Assembly: GCA_009914755.4 (NCBI GenBank)
Contig: CP068257.2
Coordinates: forward strand, 39,840,001-39,904,000
Length of the DNA stretch: 64,000 nt
Reading direction: 5' to 3'
Source: the human T2T-CHM13v2.0 reference genome, Homo sapiens
The notes beneath the pieces are model-generated. The model ran no database searches and had not been told where the DNA came from. It saw only the letters and a list, made by a program, of their open reading frames with translations. A program made the translations under genes and the position numbers. Shown here piece by piece: positions 1 through 19,471 of the stretch (position 1 is the first letter of the stretch; each line of letters begins with the position of its first letter).

Positions 1-234
1 GGATGAGGATTATTTCAACTTTATTGTATACTTTTAGAACAGCAAATAACATCACTCACTAGTGCTTCTTCTGATGTTACCGGTGATGTCTGGTTAAAAG
101 CAATAAAGGAGGGAGTGCTTAAACGCACAGAACAAGAGATCCACAGTTAGCGGAGAAGATTATCACATCTAAGGGCAATGGCTCCAAATCCAGAAACTCA
201 CTGAGGAAACTACATATAAAAATAGAATATTTCT

Positions 235-546
235 GGCCCGAGTGGGCATGATGAGCCTGTAATCCCAGCACTTTGGGAGGCTGAGGCCGGTAGATGACTT
301 AAAGCCAGGAGTTTGAGACCAGCCTGGCCCACATGGCAAAACCCCATCTCTACTAAAAATACAAAAAAGTAGCTGGACGTGGTGGTGCATGCCTGTAATC
401 CCAGCTACTTGGGAGGCTGACACTTTAGAATTGATTGAGCCCAGGAGGTGGAAGTTGCAGTGAGCCAACATTGCATCACTGCACTCTAGCCTAGGCGATG
501 GAGCGAGACCCTGTCTCAAAAAAAAAAAAAAAAACAAACAAAAAAA
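235..546 (+). mobile_element. Alu SINE
   Basis: ggcccgagtgggcatg...cctgtaatcccagcactttgggaggc...polyA. Confidence 0.9.
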
Positions 547-1303
547 CTTTCCATCCAGAGTGAGGAAAGAGCCTACAGGAAATGAGCCTGGGGGACAGAC
601 TGGGCCAAGAGACCAGACTTAGCCACTCTTAGAAATAGGTGTCCCCGGCACAGATGAGGAGCCTGGCCCCATGATTCACCAGCTGGAGGCCTTGGGATGT
701 GCCACTTCCAGCCTGTGCCCCTGACTCCTCATTCATAAAAGAAGACTGATAAGGCCTTCCTCAGAAGGTTGAGATGGACGTGGAGTAAGATGTTTAGGAT
801 GCACCTGCCACTGTGCACTGTGCCTCTCCTCAAGGCCTGGAGGGTCCAGGGGTGAAGTTTCTCCTCCTCAGGTTTTGGCAACCAGTTTCTCTAAACCCCG
901 GGAACATAAAACATAATTTTCTGACTTAAACATGGCTTTCCTGCTCATCCCTGTGGATTATCTGATGGATATGACAATCCTCGCCATCAGATATAGAAGC
1001 CCCTAAAAGAGAAAGGAAAGAAGCTGAGTTACGGGGCCTGAAAGCAAGCCTGTGCAGGTCCCCAGGCCCCGGGATGGGGGTCCGGCCCATCTGTGGCTCA
1101 AGCCTCCTGGGAAGCTCTGACCCTCAGCCAGGGCTAGAAACCTGCCTTAGATACACCAGGGCGCGGCCCAGAGGGCTGTTCCAGGAAACGTGCTGTTTCA
1201 CTCACGTTGGGTAACCTGGTATTTACGGACTTCTTACCTACTTTCCTGTGACTCAGGAATTTGTGTCTTGAGGGAAACTGTATTTATTTATTTTTTACTG
1301 TAG

Positions 1304-1552
1304 TCCAAAATTGAAGACATTAGAGCAGAACAAGAGAGAGAAGGTGAGAAGCTGATCCGCCTCCACTTCCAGATGGAACAGATTGTCTACTGCCAGGACC
1401 AGGTATACAGGGGTGCATTGCAGAAGGTCAGAGAGAAGGAGCTGGAAGAAGAAAAGAAGAAGAAATCCTGGGATTTTGGGGCTTTCCAATCCAGCTCGGC
1501 AACAGACTCTTCCATGGAGGAGATCTTTCAGCACCTGATGGCCTATCACCAG
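1304..1552 (+). CDS. MX1: MX1 (MxA, interferon-induced GTP-binding protein) penultimate coding exon, 83 codons [83 protein letters not shown]
   Basis: Acceptor ttttttactgtag|TCC at 1301-1303. In-frame translation matches my recollection of the MxA C-terminal region. Exon ends CAG|gtacgt (donor 1553-1558). Phase 0 at both ends and continuous with exon at 7212. Confidence 0.85.
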
Positions 1553-1679
1553 GTACGTCTTCGCGTGGTTCAGGATGCCAGCTTCCATTCTTTCCTTTTC
1601 TTCTGAACGCCTCTCTCTTTAGTCTTGCTTTCTCTGTAGGTGACGTTGGTCAGCTCTGTCGTTTACCTCCTTGTTAGCC

Positions 1680-2075
1680 TCCTGTATTAGTCCATTTTCA
1701 TGCTGCTGATAAAGACATACCTGAGACTGGGCAATTTACAAAAGAAAGAGGTTTAACGGACTTACAGTTCCACATGGCTGGGGAGGCCTTCTACCATCAC
1801 GGCAGAAGGCAATGGGCACTTCTTACCTGGCGGCGGTGGCAAGAGAGAGAATGAGAGCCAAGTGAAAGGGGTTTCCCCTTATCAAACCATCAGATCTCAT
1901 GAGACTTACTCACTACCATGAGAACAGTATTGGAGAAACTGCCCCCATGATTCAGTTATCTCCCCCTGAGTCCCTCCCACAACATGTGGGAATTATGGGA
2001 GTACAATTCAAGATGAGATTTGGGTGGGGACACAGAGCCAAACCATATCGCCTTCGTAGAAGCAGCTCAACCTCA
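1680..2075 (-). mobile_element. MaLR (THE1/MST-like) solo LTR in the MX1 last intron
   Basis: Reverse complement reads tgatatggtttggctctgtgtccccacccaaatctcatcttgaattgtactcccataattcccacatgttgtgggaggga...cagtctcaggtatgtctttatcagcagcatgaaaatggactaataca. Confidence 0.7.
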
Positions 2076-2124
2076 GACAGAGAGATGGTGGCTTAGAGCC
2101 AGTGACATCTGGTTTTGATGGCTG

Positions 2125-2200
2125 TCTAGCTCTGGCCAAGTTACTTAACCTCTCTGAGCCTCAGCTTTCTTTGTAAAATGGTGTCTCCTCATAGATTCTA
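2125..2200 (+). mobile_element. MIR SINE fragment
   Basis: gccaagttacttaacctctctgagcctcagctttctttgtaaaatgg is the MIR core. Confidence 0.5.
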
Positions 2201-3557
2201 GTGCATATTCCAGGAGACGAGTGTGGATGATGATAATGGATTGCTAATGGAAAAACCAAACTCTGTTAAAATATTTGAAAGAGGTTTATTCTGAGCCAAA
2301 TATGAGGGACCATGGCTCTGGGAACAGTCTCAGGAGGTCCTGAGGAAGTGTGCCTGAGGCTGTCAGGATGCAGTTTGATTTTATACATTTCAGAGAGGCA
2401 GGAATTGTAGGTAAAATCATAAATCAATACATGGGAGGTGTACTTGCCCTCCCTAAAGAGGCAGGACACCTTGAAGGAGGGGGAGCTTACCAGTCATAGG
2501 TGGGTTCAGAGATTTTCTGGTTGACGATTGCTTGAAAGAGTTAAACTTTGTCTACAAACTTGACATCAATAGAAAGAAATGCCTGAGTTAAGGGCAGTGT
2601 TAGAGGCCAAAGGTATGTAGATGAAGACTCTGGGTAGCAGCCTTCAGAGAGAATAAATGGTAAATGTTTCTTTTCAGGCCTTAGAGGCAGCAGGCTCTCA
2701 GTTAATCTCTCCTAGATTCAGGGAAGGCCTAGAAGGGGAGAGGTCTGACTGCATTAATGGAGATTCTCTACAGGTGCAAATTCCCCCCCCACAAAACATG
2801 GCAGGGCCATTTCAATCTGTTGGTCCTGTTACAGCCGTTTCAAAATATGTCCACAAAATATATTTTTAGGTAAAATATTTGTATTTCCTTTAGGGTCTGC
2901 AATCTGTCTTGTGATGCTATACCAGAGTCGGGTTGGAAAGTAAGCCATTTTATACTGAGTTCATGGAAACTCATCCAAGGAGATTTCATGGTTTGTGGGG
3001 TGTGTGTGACTTAACCCCTGCCTCACATGACTTTATAATATGGTATCTTACTACTCCAGAGTCTTTTTGGCCAACCTTATGATCTCAATTTCAACCTAAA
3101 CTCCAAAAGGGCCTGGCTTCTCTTCCTGTTACGGCCAGGAATTCAGATTTTCAGGTTTCTCTGGGGTCCACTTGGCCAAGAGGGGGTCTGTTGAGTTGGC
3201 TGGAAGGCATAGGATTTTATTTCTGGTTTACAACAATTTCCTTAGTGCAGCATTGGAATGCAATGGTAGCAGACTAAATGGAAGCTATCGCGTAGACACA
3301 TGCTTTGATTGATACTGCACGATTCAGTTAACCTGAAGTACAATCTAATTCATCCTAGGGAAGGAGGCAGTGAACACAGACACAACTCAGGTAGAGCCCT
3401 TGGGATGTGTAAACACCTGAGGAGGTAAAGCAAATTGTAATCTCTCGGTTTATCAGATGTCCCCATTGCCTTACTATTTGGATGCTTTAAAGCAGGGCCT
3501 CTCAAACTCCACCCAGCACGGAGGCCTCCTGGGATCTTGTGGAAATGCAGATGCTGA

Positions 3558-3893
<336 letters not shown>

Positions 3894-4441
3894 TCTGCAT
3901 TTCTAACGGGCTCTCAGGGGTCACCATACTACTGGATAGAGGCCACACTTGGAGGAGCAAGGCTCTAAACCGAGGGTCAACATCCATTCCTCCAGACACT
4001 GGGAGCTGCATGCACGTGAGTGAAGCCAGTTAAGGGGAAGACAGGCATGCACATCAGCTTCTCCTGCAGCCAAGCTCACACCTGTCTGCTGCTTCCACTG
4101 CCTCCTAGAATGAACAGTTACCTTGAGAGTAGGTGAGGCATATACATGCACAGAATCCAAACAATAGGATGAGTGACAATGGCAGAGGAGTCTCCGAGCC
4201 AAGCAGCTCCCTGGACAGAAGCAGCCCTTCTCCGCGTTCATTTCTGTCCTCCGAGGCTGACTCATGCACTCAAAAGCTCCCATGCATATACATTTTATAA
4301 TGGTTTTTACACAAAGGTTAGCAGAGGAGTGGACGTGCTGCTCTGTACCCTGCCTCTTTTGCTGTACCTGGGAGATTGTTCTGCCTCAGTTCTGATGGGG
4401 CTGCCTTGTTCTTTTCAATGGCTGCTGAGTATCCCATTTTA

Positions 4442-5203
<762 letters not shown>

Positions 5204-5316
5204 TCACTTAAAGTCAGTGGGTTACACATGTTACCCACATCTACAGAATACCTCCGCAGCAATACCTAGATTCGTGTTTGATGGAATCACTGGGGACTCG
5301 AGCCTAGCCAAGCTAA

Positions 5317-5744
<428 letters not shown>

Positions 5745-6689
5745 TGTTGGGGTTTTTTGACAGCCTAATAGGTGAAAATGACATCTCATTACAATCTTAA
5801 TTGGCATTCTCTTATGACAACAAGCTGGTACATCTTTTTGTGTGTTGAGGGTTATTTCTATTTCTTGCTCAGCAAACAGTTCATCCAGGAAGAGCTTCTT
5901 GGTGAGATAGTAGACCTCTGCGATTTCTGTTGCAGACGATCTACATTTTGTCATTTGCTTTGTCATTTTTGTCTATGGTGGTTTTAGACTATGCGTAAGT
6001 TTTCTAGAGCAGAAACTCAAGTTGGATTTGGGCCTCAGTGGTTATTGCCATACTTTAAAAGGACTTTGTCTCCCTGAGATGATAAATGAGGTGGACAATA
6101 TTTTCTTTAAGTAATTTCTTATTTTAACTGTTACATGATACCTTTGGCCCATTTGGAGTTCTTTGATGTCAAGAATGAGGCAGGATCCAGATGGCAGCAG
6201 AGGTCCCAGTCCCATCCTGGAAGGGTCGTCTAGTTCCCACTGGTACTCCACACGCCCACTCAGGCACTCACTTCCCCTCTGCGTTGGGTCTTGTCTGCAA
6301 GACTCTCTTATGTTTTACCATCTAGTGCAGCCAGCACCCCCACATCACCCTCACTTTTTCTTTCTTTAAATTGTGCAGAAATATTCATCATGTCTATTTT
6401 GCCATCTTAACCATTTGGGGGTACATAGTTCAGTGGCATTAAGTACATTCATATTGTGCCAGCATCACCAGCAGCCACCTCCAGGACCCTATCACCTTCC
6501 CACACTGAAACTCTGTCCCCATTAAACACATTCCCCATTCCCCGCCCCTGAATCCCTGACAGCTACCATCCTACTGTCTGTCTCTGTGAATTCAACTAAC
6601 CTGAGTACCTCATAGGAGTTGTGACTGGCTTGTTTCATGCAGTATGATGTCCTCATCCAGGTGGTAGCAAGTGTCAGAGTTTCACGCCT

Positions 6690-6892
6690 ATTTATTTATT
6701 ATTATGAGACAGAGTCTTGCTCTGTCGCCCAGCCTGGAGTACAATGGCGCGATCCCAGCTCACTGCAGCCTCCCCCTGCCTGGGTTCAAACAATTCTCCT
6801 GCCTCAGCCTCCCATGGTGTGCCGCCACACCTGGCTATTTTTTGTATTTTTAGTAGAGACGCGGTTTCACCACGTTGACCAGGCTGGTCTGG
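6690..6892 (-). mobile_element. Truncated Alu SINE (about 200 bp)
   Basis: gagacagagtcttgctctgtcgcccagcctggagtacaatggcgcg...tagtagagacgcggtttcaccacgttgaccaggctggtc. The other arm is missing. Confidence 0.8.
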
Positions 6893-7211
6893 AAATGCAG
6901 TTTTTGCACTGTCTGCCTGCTTACCTTTATAGAGCATATTTTGCCCTCTTCCATCAGAATTACCCATTTAATGGTCAGGAAAAGCTGCTGGGAATATGAC
7001 TCATAGCTGGGACATTCTCTGCACTGTGCATAGTTCCTCTCTGCCACCACCATGGAGGAGATTGATGGGTTTGAAACCCAGGGGAAGGTCATTGCCCTGC
7101 GAGGGTCTCCCTCATTGAGAATCTGGATCCCCTCATGTGCACATGGTGAGGTCAGAGTCCCCTCCTCACAGTGTCCCCTCCACCCTCCCGTGAACTGTTC
7201 TTTCCTTCCAG

Positions 7212-7442
7212 GAGGCCAGCAAGCGCATCTCCAGCCACATCCCTTTGATCATCCAGTTCTTCATGCTCCAGACGTACGGCCAGCAGCTTCAGAAGGCCAT
7301 GCTGCAGCTCCTGCAGGACAAGGACACCTACAGCTGGCTCCTGAAGGAGCGGAGCGACACCAGCGACAAGCGGAAGTTCCTGAAGGAGCGGCTTGCACGG
7401 CTGACGCAGGCTCGGCGCCGGCTTGCCCAGTTCCCCGGTTAA
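7212..7442 (+). CDS. MX1: MX1 terminal coding exon: [76 protein letters not shown]
   Basis: Acceptor ctttccttccag|GAG at 7208-7211. Translation ends ...RRRLAQFPG with TAA at 7440-7442, the recalled MxA C-terminus (GED/leucine-zipper region). Confidence 0.88.
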   Translation, partial: EASKRISSHIPLIIQFFMLQTYGQQLQKAMLQLLQDKDTYSWLLKERSDTSDKRKFLKERLARLTQARRRLAQFPG

Positions 7443-7900
7443 CCACACTCTGTCCAGCCCCGTAGACGTGCACGCACACTGTCTGCCCCCGTTCCCGGGT
7501 AGCCACTGGACTGACGACTTGAGTGCTCAGTAGTCAGACTGGATAGTCCGTCTCTGCTTATCCGTTAGCCGTGGTGATTTAGCAGGAAGCTGTGAGAGCA
7601 GTTTGGTTTCTAGCATGAAGACAGAGCCCCACCCTCAGATGCACATGAGCTGGCGGGATTGAAGGATGCTGTCTTCGTACTGGGAAAGGGATTTTCAGCC
7701 CTCAGAATCGCTCCACCTTGCAGCTCTCCCCTTCTCTGTATTCCTAGAAACTGACACATGCTGAACATCACAGCTTATTTCCTCATTTTTATAATGTCCC
7801 TTCACAAACCCAGTGTTTTAGGAGCATGAGTGCCGTGTGTGTGCGTCCTGTCGGAGCCCTGTCTCCTCTCTCTGTAATAAACTCATTTCTAGCAGACACT
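7443..7900 (+). other. MX1: MX1 3' UTR (approximate end)
   Basis: Follows the stop codon. AATAAA at 7876-7881 is followed by a GT/T-rich stretch. The exact cleavage site is not determinable from sequence. Confidence 0.6.
7876..7881 (+). terminator. MX1: polyadenylation signal AATAAA for MX1
   Basis: Canonical hexamer about 435 nt after the stop, followed by a T/GT-rich stretch. Confidence 0.6.
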
Positions 7901-8200
7901 GCTCTGCCATGTTTTGTATTTTGGCGAGAAGCCTGAAACTAGCAGGTAGGGTGCAGTGGAGCAGTGGACGTAAAGCTGCCCTCTGTGGCGGGGCCAGGTA
8001 GGAGCAAGCAAAAGAACAGGGTCTGATGATTTCCTAGAGACTGGAGGGAAATGGGGGAACACACTTTAAAAAATGAAACAATATGAAGCCAACGGTGCTA
8101 ACTTAATAATGTGCATTGATCAAATGTCCAATTTGTTGAGTCACTGGGCACCTGGCATGGAGTTGAAAAGCACAAGGCCCAGTCAGGAAGCGGTTGCCAG

Positions 8201-8510
<310 letters not shown>

Positions 8511-10629
8511 TTACCTGCAGAGGCTGTGGCTGGGGGAGCGGTCTGGGAAGCAGAGAAGGCGGAACACTAACCTTGGAGGAGAACCTGACTGAAGTTCTCT
8601 GGTCTAGCCTGGTTGGGGGAGACTCGAGCCACACTCCTACGCCCTGACTCTGAGAACCATGGCTCCCAATCAGTGCTGCTGCTGGGCCTCCTCACCATGA
8701 GGCCAGGGCAGGCTCAAGGGCAGGAAATCGAACAGTGGACTAGATGGATGGGGCAGGAGAGGACCGGACACTCTGTCCCTTAAGGGGAGAGTTGAAGGAT
8801 CAGGATTGCCCCAGCCTAGGAAAGAGAAGGCCAAAAGGCAACAAGAGAGATGAAGTGTGAGCACCAAGGTGTGACATCCTCTGGGGAGGTATATTCTAGA
8901 TGATCAGTGTGGGGAATGGGGGTACTTTCTACAGAGGGGCCCCCGGATGGCATGGCTTCCTCAAGAGCTGTGAGGTCCCAGGCAGTGGGGGCATCAGGCC
9001 AAGCTGCACAGCTGCTTGTCAGGTTGGGGGTGGGGGCTGGACCAGCAACACCATCCTCTCCCCTCTGGACCACGCCCCCCCATCCCAGATCTCTTCTGAC
9101 TCTTGGGACTGTGTAATTTTCAATTCTTCGGGAAGTTTGAGAATACATTTATAAGAGAGGATGTCCGGAGAGCAGTGGACATTTCACAAGCCCAGGTCAG
9201 CAGCTGCCGCTGGGCAGCAACTTTATGGTTCCCCCAGGTGCTGAAGTGCACCTGCAGGTTGACTTGATCTACTGTTAACAGAGGGTGATCAGTTTGACTC
9301 ATGCTTAAGGGAGAGACGACACCAACACACACACAGAGGTTTGCAAGAGTAAGGCAGGGTGGATCCAAACATTCTTAATTCAATACTAGGCACGCGTTCT
9401 CGCAGTGGACATGGCCCAGGTCCTCTGGCTGTGTTGGTGCATCAGACAGCTCGGCCCTTCCATGAGGCAGGTGCCCTCTCGTGGCAGGCCTGGGAAACTT
9501 CTCCACTACAAGACGTCCCTTCCTTCCACCACCACCCAAATCAGTCTTCCACTTGCCTTAAGTTTCTGCTGCACGGGAAACAGAGTCAGAGGTGTCAAAG
9601 TGTTGCACAGGATTCTATTTTGCTGTTGTTAGAATTTTGCTAGTGATAACCAGAGAGGATGGAGGAAGAAAGTTGACAGTATGTGTCCCAGAGAACAGCA
9701 ATTTCAATTTCCCCAGCAGAGTGAACCTGCTGGGGATGCCCCAAGGTGCCCGCAAGGATGTTCCTTTCAGCCAAAATGAACATGTGTGGTGATCCCCCAG
9801 GCCTGTCCTAACTAGTCATCCAGAGCCGAGAGGGGAGTGGCCCCAGCGGCCAGAACTGGGAGAGAGCCCTGGAGACCACTTTGTGTGACTCCTTCCTGCA
9901 CTTAGAGGGGCCCTGAGTTCAGGCAAGCAATGGAACTGCCCCTCCCTACCCACCCCTCCATTCCCAGCCATGACGGGCAGCGCCGGCATCACACCCTGCT
10001 CTCCGGCTTCCGTGGCCTGCCCTGTAAGTGAGGCAGGAAAATCGAGTCTGGAGGCAGGAATGTAAGGCTGATTCACACTTCAACTCTAACAGGGACTATC
10101 CCCTCCACAGGGAGTATGCCGAGTAAATGACTTTGTAACTTTACTTTATCCTCTTCATTTACATAGGGCCCCCAAAGTAACCAATGGAAACCTCTAGAGG
10201 GTATTTAAACCCCCCAAAAACTGTAATGGGGCCATTGAGCCCCTAGGCTCGGGCCGCTCCCACCCTGTGGTGTGTATTTCATTTTCAATACATCTTTGCT
10301 TTTGTTGCTTCATTCTTTTCTTGCTTTGTTTGTGTGTTCTGCCTAATTCTTTGTTCAAGACACCAAGAACCTGGACACTCACCACCAGTAACATAAGCAC
10401 TGGCTCAATGGTCCATTGACCTGTGCAGAACAGACAGGATTATAATGATGTCTGCTCAGGGACCTTCACTCCAGGCACATCTGGGGCTCAGGGGACCCCA
10501 TAGGATGGGGCTGAGTTAGGAGCAGAGCAATGACAGGGCCAGGAGTGTATTGAACAAACCAAAGTAGAAAGCCCCAGTTTTCTGGAACCCAGGGTCTGTC
10601 ATGCTGCAGGTGCTTAATAAATGCTGTGG

Positions 10630-13030
<2,401 letters not shown>

Positions 13031-13244
13031 ACAGACTAATAGAATAATAAGAAGGAGTCATTTGAGGGACCTCTCCAACAGGACAGGCTGCAGGAACTGA
13101 GGGCACCAACCACAGGAGCACCAAGTCTGGCCTTGCCTCACCTTTGGTCCTCTGACCAGCAGCCTCAACATCACCCCCTTATAAGGAAATGGAGGCTGGT
13201 CCTACTCACCAGGCAGAACTTCAAAGATGCAGTGGTTACTTTGA

Positions 13245-14826
13245 AAAAAAAATCGCATAATTTATTTGCATGATATTCATTTTCACAATTGAACTTTACA
13301 GTTTAAAAAAGATACAAAAAAAGACAAACAGTTGTTCACATAAATAAGAAGGGGCAATAAAGAAGGAAGACGTTTTCACCATTACAACACCTTTTAGGAT
13401 GTGTCTTGGGGAGCAAGCACCTTACAGTGCCAACTGTTTCCAAGGTCCCTGGGAATGCTGCTCTCTACAGAGGCATGTGCACAGACGGATCCTGCAAATG
13501 GGATTGCAAGACTTTCCATTTCAAGGTTAAGTCCTAGCTGTAGAATCATTCATTTCATTCTTGCAAACCAGCCTGCTTGGCCAGGAGGCAGAACCATGGT
13601 AGAGTAGTGCTCATGGTTATGGCACTTGGCAATGCAAAAGGGACCCTTCCCCTGGTTGGAAACCCACAGCATTGGAAGGGACCACAGAGAGTCCAAAACA
13701 AAACACATCTTTCTCTTCTTCGCCGCCACCATGGGCACTTTGCTTCAGCACATTCATTTATAGAACGTTAAGTCAGGAGCCAGTCATTTTGTCAAAGCAG
13801 CTGAAATAGGCCACCACTCTTACTTGGCAAAGATGATACAGTTTCAAAGAGTTAAATGAAGGTGGACTACTTGGAGACATCAAAAGCTAAGTTTCCAGGA
13901 GCACTGAGGTAGCAATGTGTAGAAACATAACATGGAAACAGTGTACCTTAAACTGAGCATCCTTGATTTCCCCCATGGACCTCAATTTCCAGTGACTAGC
14001 AGGCCTGAAGAGGCCAACATGGTGCCAGACTTGGCGCCCTGCCAGGACCAAGGGGCATGTGCACTCTCCAGGGTGCTAGGAGCAGGGTCAGGGAGGATGA
14101 GGAGGAAGGCTGAGTCTCCCTCCCAGGAGCCCCACCCAATGTGCAGGTGGAGACCTGCACCAGGAGTGCTCAGGGCAAGTTCCTTTTCAATTGCTTCCCT
14201 CGCACCAAGGGCACTGTCTATATTCTCACCCCATAAGAACAAAAATGTTTCTGTTCCCCTTACAAGTGACTACCACGTCACCACCCATGAAGGGCTGGTC
14301 CCTTTATTTCTGGCCACCATCCAGGGCTGCTAAGGCTCTAAGAACCCATCAGCAAAATCCCCTTGTGGAGAGGTAGGCTGGGGACACTACCAAGTGGCCC
14401 CAGAGGGCAGCCGCTGCAGGTGCCACCTGGCTGTCTCCCTTTCCATGTCTCTCCTTTTTCATCTCAAGTCATCCAGCAGCTGAGAGGTGACAGCTCCATG
14501 CTCATCCAAAATTGGCCCCTGGAAAGGACTCAGCAGGAAGATCTCAATGGGGCAGCCTCCACCCCTCTCCTCCACACTTGACCGCCAGTGCCCACAACCA
14601 GCCGGCCATCACCCCTTGCGGACAAGGGGTTAGGGAGAGCAGGCTGGGCAGGGGAGCCACTGCAGCCTGCACAGAATGGCAGAGAGTGCCAAAGCCAGAC
14701 AAGTTCACTGTTTAATAAAAATGAAGTGACCTCTGAATCATCTCTAAGAGTAAATCATGCACGGGGAAGCAAAACCAGCCCCATTGTTTTCTTGTAAAAC
14801 GACGTCAAGGACGAAGACCATGTGGA
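13245..14826 (-). other. TMPRSS2: TMPRSS2 3' UTR (exon 14 non-coding part, about 1.58 kb, approximate distal end)
   Basis: Lies between the stop codon (14827-14829) and the minus-strand AATAAA at 13262-13267. Length is consistent with a 3.2 kb mRNA. Confidence 0.65.
13262..13267 (-). terminator. TMPRSS2: polyadenylation signal (AATAAA on minus strand) for TMPRSS2
   Basis: Plus-strand tttatt at 13262-13267. Minus strand reads CAAATAAATTATGCGATTTTTTTTTCAAAG, with a U-rich downstream element. Confidence 0.6.
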
Positions 14827-14838
14827 TTAGCCGTCTGC
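14827..14838 (-). CDS. TMPRSS2: TMPRSS2 exon 14 coding part: ADG + stop
   Basis: Minus strand reads ...TTTGAACAG|GCAGACGGCTAA. It joins exon 13 (..ATG AGG) to give the C-terminus ...WIYRQMRADG*. Confidence 0.9.
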   Translation of the reverse strand, partial: ADG

Positions 14839-15664
14839 CTGTTCAAATAGGAAAAAAAAAAGTGTGTTATTTTCTTAAGACAAACAAAGGTGGAAAATAA
14901 TTTTTTCCTCTAGGTTCGCATGAAGCACTTAGAAACCAAATAAGCAAGCTTAATAGCACAAAGGGATCATTCTTCTCTCCAACGTGTTGGTCAGAGTCAG
15001 GCTGAGCATGGCGGGGCAGGAGCTCCGGAAGGAGCGGGCAGCGGATGTGGAGGCCGGCACAACAGGCATCTCTTCAGCAGAGTCTGGGCCTCCCCCGGCT
15101 GCTCTCCTGCCACGCAGCCCTTCCCTCCCTGCACAGCCATGCGGACCCACCTGCAGCCGCCAAACACACCTGGATCATTTCCTAGCTCCATCCTGGTGCG
15201 AGTCCGCCCCTCAGCCTGGCTGACCATCCCAGCCCTGCCAGCTTCCCTCCTGCCCTGCCTCCTCCTCCTGGGGTCATCTGTTTCTAGCACTGGGCCCTGG
15301 GCCAGGTGACGCCCCCTGGGCCCCATGGTCATGGGAAGGCCCTGAGTCCCGCGTGTCATTTGAAGGAGACACAGGTCGGGCCTCAGCGGGAAAGGCCCCC
15401 TGGTTCTGCTCCTCCTTCAACAGACTGGGCATCTGGGAGATTTGGGAGAAGACAGAATAGACTGCTTTCTTCCACTAGTAGCCCAGCCCCAGAAAGCACA
15501 GAAATCTGAGAAAACTATACGTCTGAGGTCCTGGAGATGAGAAGATCTGGTTCTCACCCCCTATCTGGACAATGCCCAAAGCCAGGGCTCTGCTAAGCAG
15601 AGACATCCATGAGGCTCACATGGAACCCCTGAGACCTTCCCTCGTGCTTGAGTCTGGGGCATCA

Positions 15665-16171
<507 letters not shown>

Positions 16172-16397
16172 TCACACAAGCTGAGCCCCAGCGCTTTTCA
16201 TCCAAACACCAGGGGAAATATGCAAGTGAAGCCAGTGAGAGGCAATGGGCAATGGGTGGACACTGGGGGGATGGGGCTGTGGCTGGAGGAAGCAGAGTTT
16301 GCTTCATGCTGACCAGTGGTCACCAGTCAGCTTCCAGCAGCAGAACCACGCCTAACAGATGTCTGGCTTTGGCTCGAGGAATCGGAGAACACAGTCA

Positions 16398-16610
<213 letters not shown>

Positions 16611-17023
16611 TCACAATCTGCCGCACACCACTGACCAGGCCTAGAGGAGTTGGGGGGCGGGGGTCGCAGTGTGAGTTACGAGTGACTGTGTGGGCTTCGA
16701 ATCTCCACCATCAAGGGGTGATGGTAACAGAGATGTAACCCCCAAAGAGATAGCCCCCATCCTGAATTTTAATCTGTTCAAGCTAAAAGTTACTAAATAA
16801 ATTGCCGTTCATAATTTAAAATAGTCTAAATACTTGTTTCTGTTCCACTGGCACTTTTACCAAATACCGGTTTTTCAGAGGGTGTGTGTGATTTGTTGAC
16901 TGTACTTCCTTCTGCCACCAGAAGCGTTCGCACTGTTTGTGGCCGTCACTTCCCATGACTGCCCCGAGCTGGCTCCGTGTCACTGAGGAGGCTCTGCTGA
17001 CCCCAAGAATGCCCTCTCTCTCA

Positions 17024-17332
<309 letters not shown>

Positions 17333-19093
17333 CTATTCTCCAGCCCTGCCCCCGTCAGCTCATCCCAGCACCAACCCCTCTCCTGGGAAACCTGGATTCT
17401 CCTTACAACTGGCGGTGCCTGTGCTGAATGCAGCTCTGGAGTTCAGCTTCAGGGAAAGAAATTCCCAGCTCTGAAACTATAGGGCTCTATCAGTGCCATG
17501 GAATCCCCCTCTTATTCACCCAACGGCTTGGTTCTGCTGAACCAATTTCCCACTCCTCACTGAACCCCACCCAGGACACACAGGCGCCTGTTTCCCCTCT
17601 GGCATGCACACACTCTTCTGGAGCACACGCGACCCTCCCTAGGCCGCCTGCTTCTCGGCTCCCCTGCACATTAGAGCTTCTCAAGACACGGCCTGCACTT
17701 GCCACCTCTGCATTTCCCACTCTCGCTTTGCTGCCTCCCCTCGGGCATCTTCTGGGCACCGTGGGCTTAGTGTGCAAAACCAGAACCCTCCGTCACACCT
17801 TCTCCCACCCCAAATTCTCACCAACCAATATTTCCTGGCTTGAAAAATGGCACCACCCGCCACCCTGGGGCTTCAGCCACAGAGTGGAAAGCCATCGTCC
17901 CTGACTTCTCACTCTCTCTCCCACAGACATGCAACCCATCAGTAAGTCTGGTGGCTCTAGCCCTAGTGTACCCTCATCTCTTCACATCCACGCCCGCACT
18001 CTGCTATGAGCTGGCTTCCTGTCTCAAGGAACCACAGCAATGGACTTGTCACCATCATCCTCGTCTCCATCCATTCATCCCCACTCCCCACGCAGCTGCC
18101 AGATCATGGCACTCCCCGGCTCACGATCTCCCCACCTCAAGCAGATGAGAAGCTGGTGTCTTCACCATAATCCACAAGGACCTATGCAATCTGGCCCCAG
18201 CCCACCTCCTTGGCCCCTTGACCACACCTGAAGATACATGCACTAGCCTTTTTGATGTGTACACATTTTTGCCATTTGAGTCTCAGCTCAAATGCCACCT
18301 CTTCCGAGAAGCCTTTCCTGACCACCCCTTCAAAATAGCCGGGACCTTGTGATCCCCACCCTCAGATGTTTGGAAGTACCTCGCTCAGTTGTTTGTCTCC
18401 CATCTGTCTGACCACACCTGCCCCGTCCCCACCACCGACATCCAGAAGAGAGGTAAAGCTCCTGACAGCAGAGACATTTGTCTTACTCTGTTCACTTCTG
18501 CATTCCCAGCACCTGAGTAGCACCCAGCCTGTACTAGGTGCAGGTGCGCACAAATATTTGTCGATATTCCCTTCATCTTGGATTCCATGAGGTCTTTTGC
18601 CCAGCCTGTGGCTCTACTGTAGTAAGTTTCTGCTGATGAGGAGCCAGGATGCCCCCCACTACCTTCCCTGACGCTCCCCAGAAATCACCCAACCTTTGTA
18701 CTTTTCCCCTTGTTTGAAAGGATTTGTTGTCTGTATGGCCTAGACGCTTTTGAGAAGGATATAAACAATATGTAAAATGAACCTTTGTGCCTGCCACTAA
18801 GCACTTCCAACCCTCCATAAAAATGAAGCAGCCAGGCTCCCTTCATTTGAAAGACTGTCAGAGAGAAATGCAGATTGCAAAGGAAGTGGGTGGAGAGAGC
18901 CTCTCTCTGTGGTTATCAGGGCAGAGGACAGGCTTAGATGTGGCCACCATGGGTCCAGGATGCCCGTCCTCACCAAGCCCCCTGTCACTCAGCCACGCAG
19001 GCCTTGGTGGGATCTCCAGGGCAGCTCTAAACTCACAATGAGTGCAACACAGGAGATCCTGCACCTCTAAACTCGTATGGCCCAGATACTTCA

Positions 19094-19471
<378 letters not shown>

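Noticed and set aside
540-1300. Possible additional MX1 exon upstream of 1304
   Set aside because: No open frame with flanking AG/GT that extends the MxA sequence is visible in 540-1300. The preceding exon presumably lies upstream of the window.
1295-1588. 97-aa minus-strand ORF overlapping the MX1 exon
   Set aside because: It is an antisense shadow ORF opposite a genuine coding exon.
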